A stretch of 64,000 nt of DNA from Eledone cirrhosa (taxonomy: Eukaryota), in contig OZ024742.1 in assembly GCA_964016885.1 (NCBI GenBank), positions 263,376,001 through 263,440,000 on the forward strand, read 5' to 3'. The position numbers and the translations under genes were made by a program. Positions 62,001-64,000 of this stretch are shown piece by piece (position 1 is the first letter of the stretch; each line of letters starts with the position of its first letter). The notes under the pieces were generated by a model. That model was not told the origin of the DNA and searched no databases. It saw only the letters and a list, made by a program, of their open reading frames with translations.

Positions 62001-62468
62001 TTGTATTTATTTACTTTGTTCTTAACTCTGTAGCGGAGATTCATTTGGTCTCCTAGTTAGAATTTTAGTCTACGACTTCTGCTATACCATTTACATGGTT
62101 TTGTCTTTGCGTGCTATTGTTCTCCACGCTCCACATATGACTCATTATCTTCGTTTATTGCCAGAGAACGTCTCTATGCACGACCTAAGAGAACATTAGT
62201 CTACGACCTCTTTTATACCATAAACGTGGTTCTCTCTTTGCGCGTAATTGTTTTTCACCGCTCCTATTAATGACGTATTATTCGTTTTTTCCCGTTCTTT
62301 GCCAGCGAACGTTACCACGAACCAAAGTATCGTCTTCCTCCGGTTGCAACGTTTTTTGAAATATCCAGTTCTGCGTTTACAGATTGACTTTGTTAGTTTC
62401 AGAAGATCCCGTTAAGGGTGAAAGCAGCGATTCTTTGCTTAAACTTTAATCTGTTATTTAATAAATAT
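59073..62468 (+). mobile_element. Penelope-like element with inverted terminal repeats (59149-59301 / 62315-62467)
   Basis: About 150-bp reverse-complement match of the two ends, containing CAGAAGA TCCC-gttaa-GGGT GAAA (variant hammerhead core). Confidence 0.88.
59324..61486 (+). pseudogene. Full-length but disrupted Penelope-like (Naiad-like) RT + GIY-YIG ORF
   Basis: STKNIPVPS..FIKRLRWRAF N-terminus; TGA at 59519, frameshift near 59805, TAG at 60481, inverted insertion at 60797; GLYRDDGL, YIG and CDLC motifs. Confidence 0.9.
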
Positions 62469-62492
62469 ATGTATTGTATATATATATATATG

Positions 62493-62538
<46 letters not shown>

Positions 62539-62674
62539 TGTATATATATATATATATATATATGTATTGTATATATATATATATATATATATGTATTATA
62601 TATATATATGTATTGTATATATATATATATTGTATATATATATATATATATGTATTGTATATATATATATGTAT

Positions 62675-62714
<40 letters not shown>

Positions 62715-62730
62715 ATATACATATATGTAT

Positions 62731-62790
<60 letters not shown>

Positions 62791-63263
62791 ACATATATAT
62801 ATTTACAATACATATATATATATATTTACAATACATATATATATATATTTACAATACATATATATATATATATTTACAATACATATATATATAAAATACA
62901 TATATTTATATATATATATATTTACAATACATATATATATATATATATACAATACATATATATATATAATACATATATATATATATATATAAAATACATA
63001 TATTTATATATATATATATTTACAATACATATATATATATATATATACAATACATATATATATATAATACATATAAATATATATAATACATATATATATA
63101 TACAATACATATATATATATATACAATACATATATATATATACAATACATATATATATATACAATACATATATATATACAATACATATATATATATATAT
63201 ATATACAATACATATATATATATATATATACAATAAATATATATATATATATACAATAAATAA

Positions 63264-63306
<43 letters not shown>

Positions 63307-63455
63307 ATATATATATATATACAATATATATATATATATATACAATATATATATATATATATATACAATATATATATATATATATACAATATATATATAT
63401 ATATACAATATATATATATACAATATATATATATATATATACAATATATATATAT
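62469..63455. repeat. Interrupted (TA)n array C
   Basis: ATGTATTG variants to about 62735, then reverse-complement CAATACAT variants from about 62785. Confidence 0.95.
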
Positions 63456-63602
63456 TCGATTTTCTAGCAAAAAGCCACCAGCCTTAAGCAACTAACCACA
63501 CTCCTTCCAACCTGACCGCTGCTACGTCACGATTCTTAGCCATTTTTGAATGTATTCTTGGCGCGATCACTTTGTAAAATTTATTGTCTAGATTTGAGCA
63601 AA

Positions 63603-63675
63603 CTCCTGAAGAGTCCGGTGCTCAAGGTTCCGAAGTTATCGGAAATCTTAAAATGCGGACGAAACCATGGTCGAG
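63603..63675 (+). ncRNA. Type I hammerhead ribozyme in a pLTR-like segment
   Basis: ctc CTGAAGA GTCCG..ttccga-agtta-tcggaa..CGGAC GAAA CCATGG TC gag; palindromic ACCATGGT. Confidence 0.8.
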
Positions 63676-64000
63676 GTAAATAAATGTATTCTCATTTCTC
63701 CTAGTTTATTTTACACCTAATTCTGTTTAATTGACTGTATATCTAGGCGATTATGCTGTCGAAATATTCGATAAATATTCCGTAGCAGCCGGCGCGAAGG
63801 GCTGGTTTCGGTTATTTGTTGGAGATTTATTCATAGAAGCCTATATATATATATGTGTATTGTATGGATGCTATGACGTCACCTTGGTGTTAATTATGTG
63901 AAGGACATTGCTACATACACATTTTACTGTCGTCTTATACTATAGGCGGCGGTGAGATGTTTGAACATCGGATAGAATGCTTTGCGGTATTCGTTCCAGC

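Overview
Eukaryotic, AT-rich, repeat-dense animal DNA; the SINE/LINE repertoire and microsatellite load suggest a cephalopod (octopus), which is an inference. The left part holds a head-to-head gene pair sharing about 700 bp: a five-exon PINX1 orthologue (+, 5424-14358, about 549 aa) and the first coding exon of a Polo/PLK1 kinase (-, 4625-4723). The middle (15-40 kb) holds RTE, CR1/L2 and RLE-type LINE remnants, tRNA-derived SINEs, MITEs, several fold-back elements and candidate small exons of an unannotated minus-strand gene. The right third is a nest of Penelope-like retroelements (RT + GIY-YIG, Naiad-like) inside kilobase (TA)n arrays punctuated by TTG/CAA, which have sub-domains and polarity switches. 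At least six families of minimal type I hammerhead ribozymes, mostly with palindromic (dimer-type) stem III, occur in these elements and in short ORF-less retrozyme-like units. Almost all long Y/I-rich ORFs in the track are microsatellite translation artefacts.
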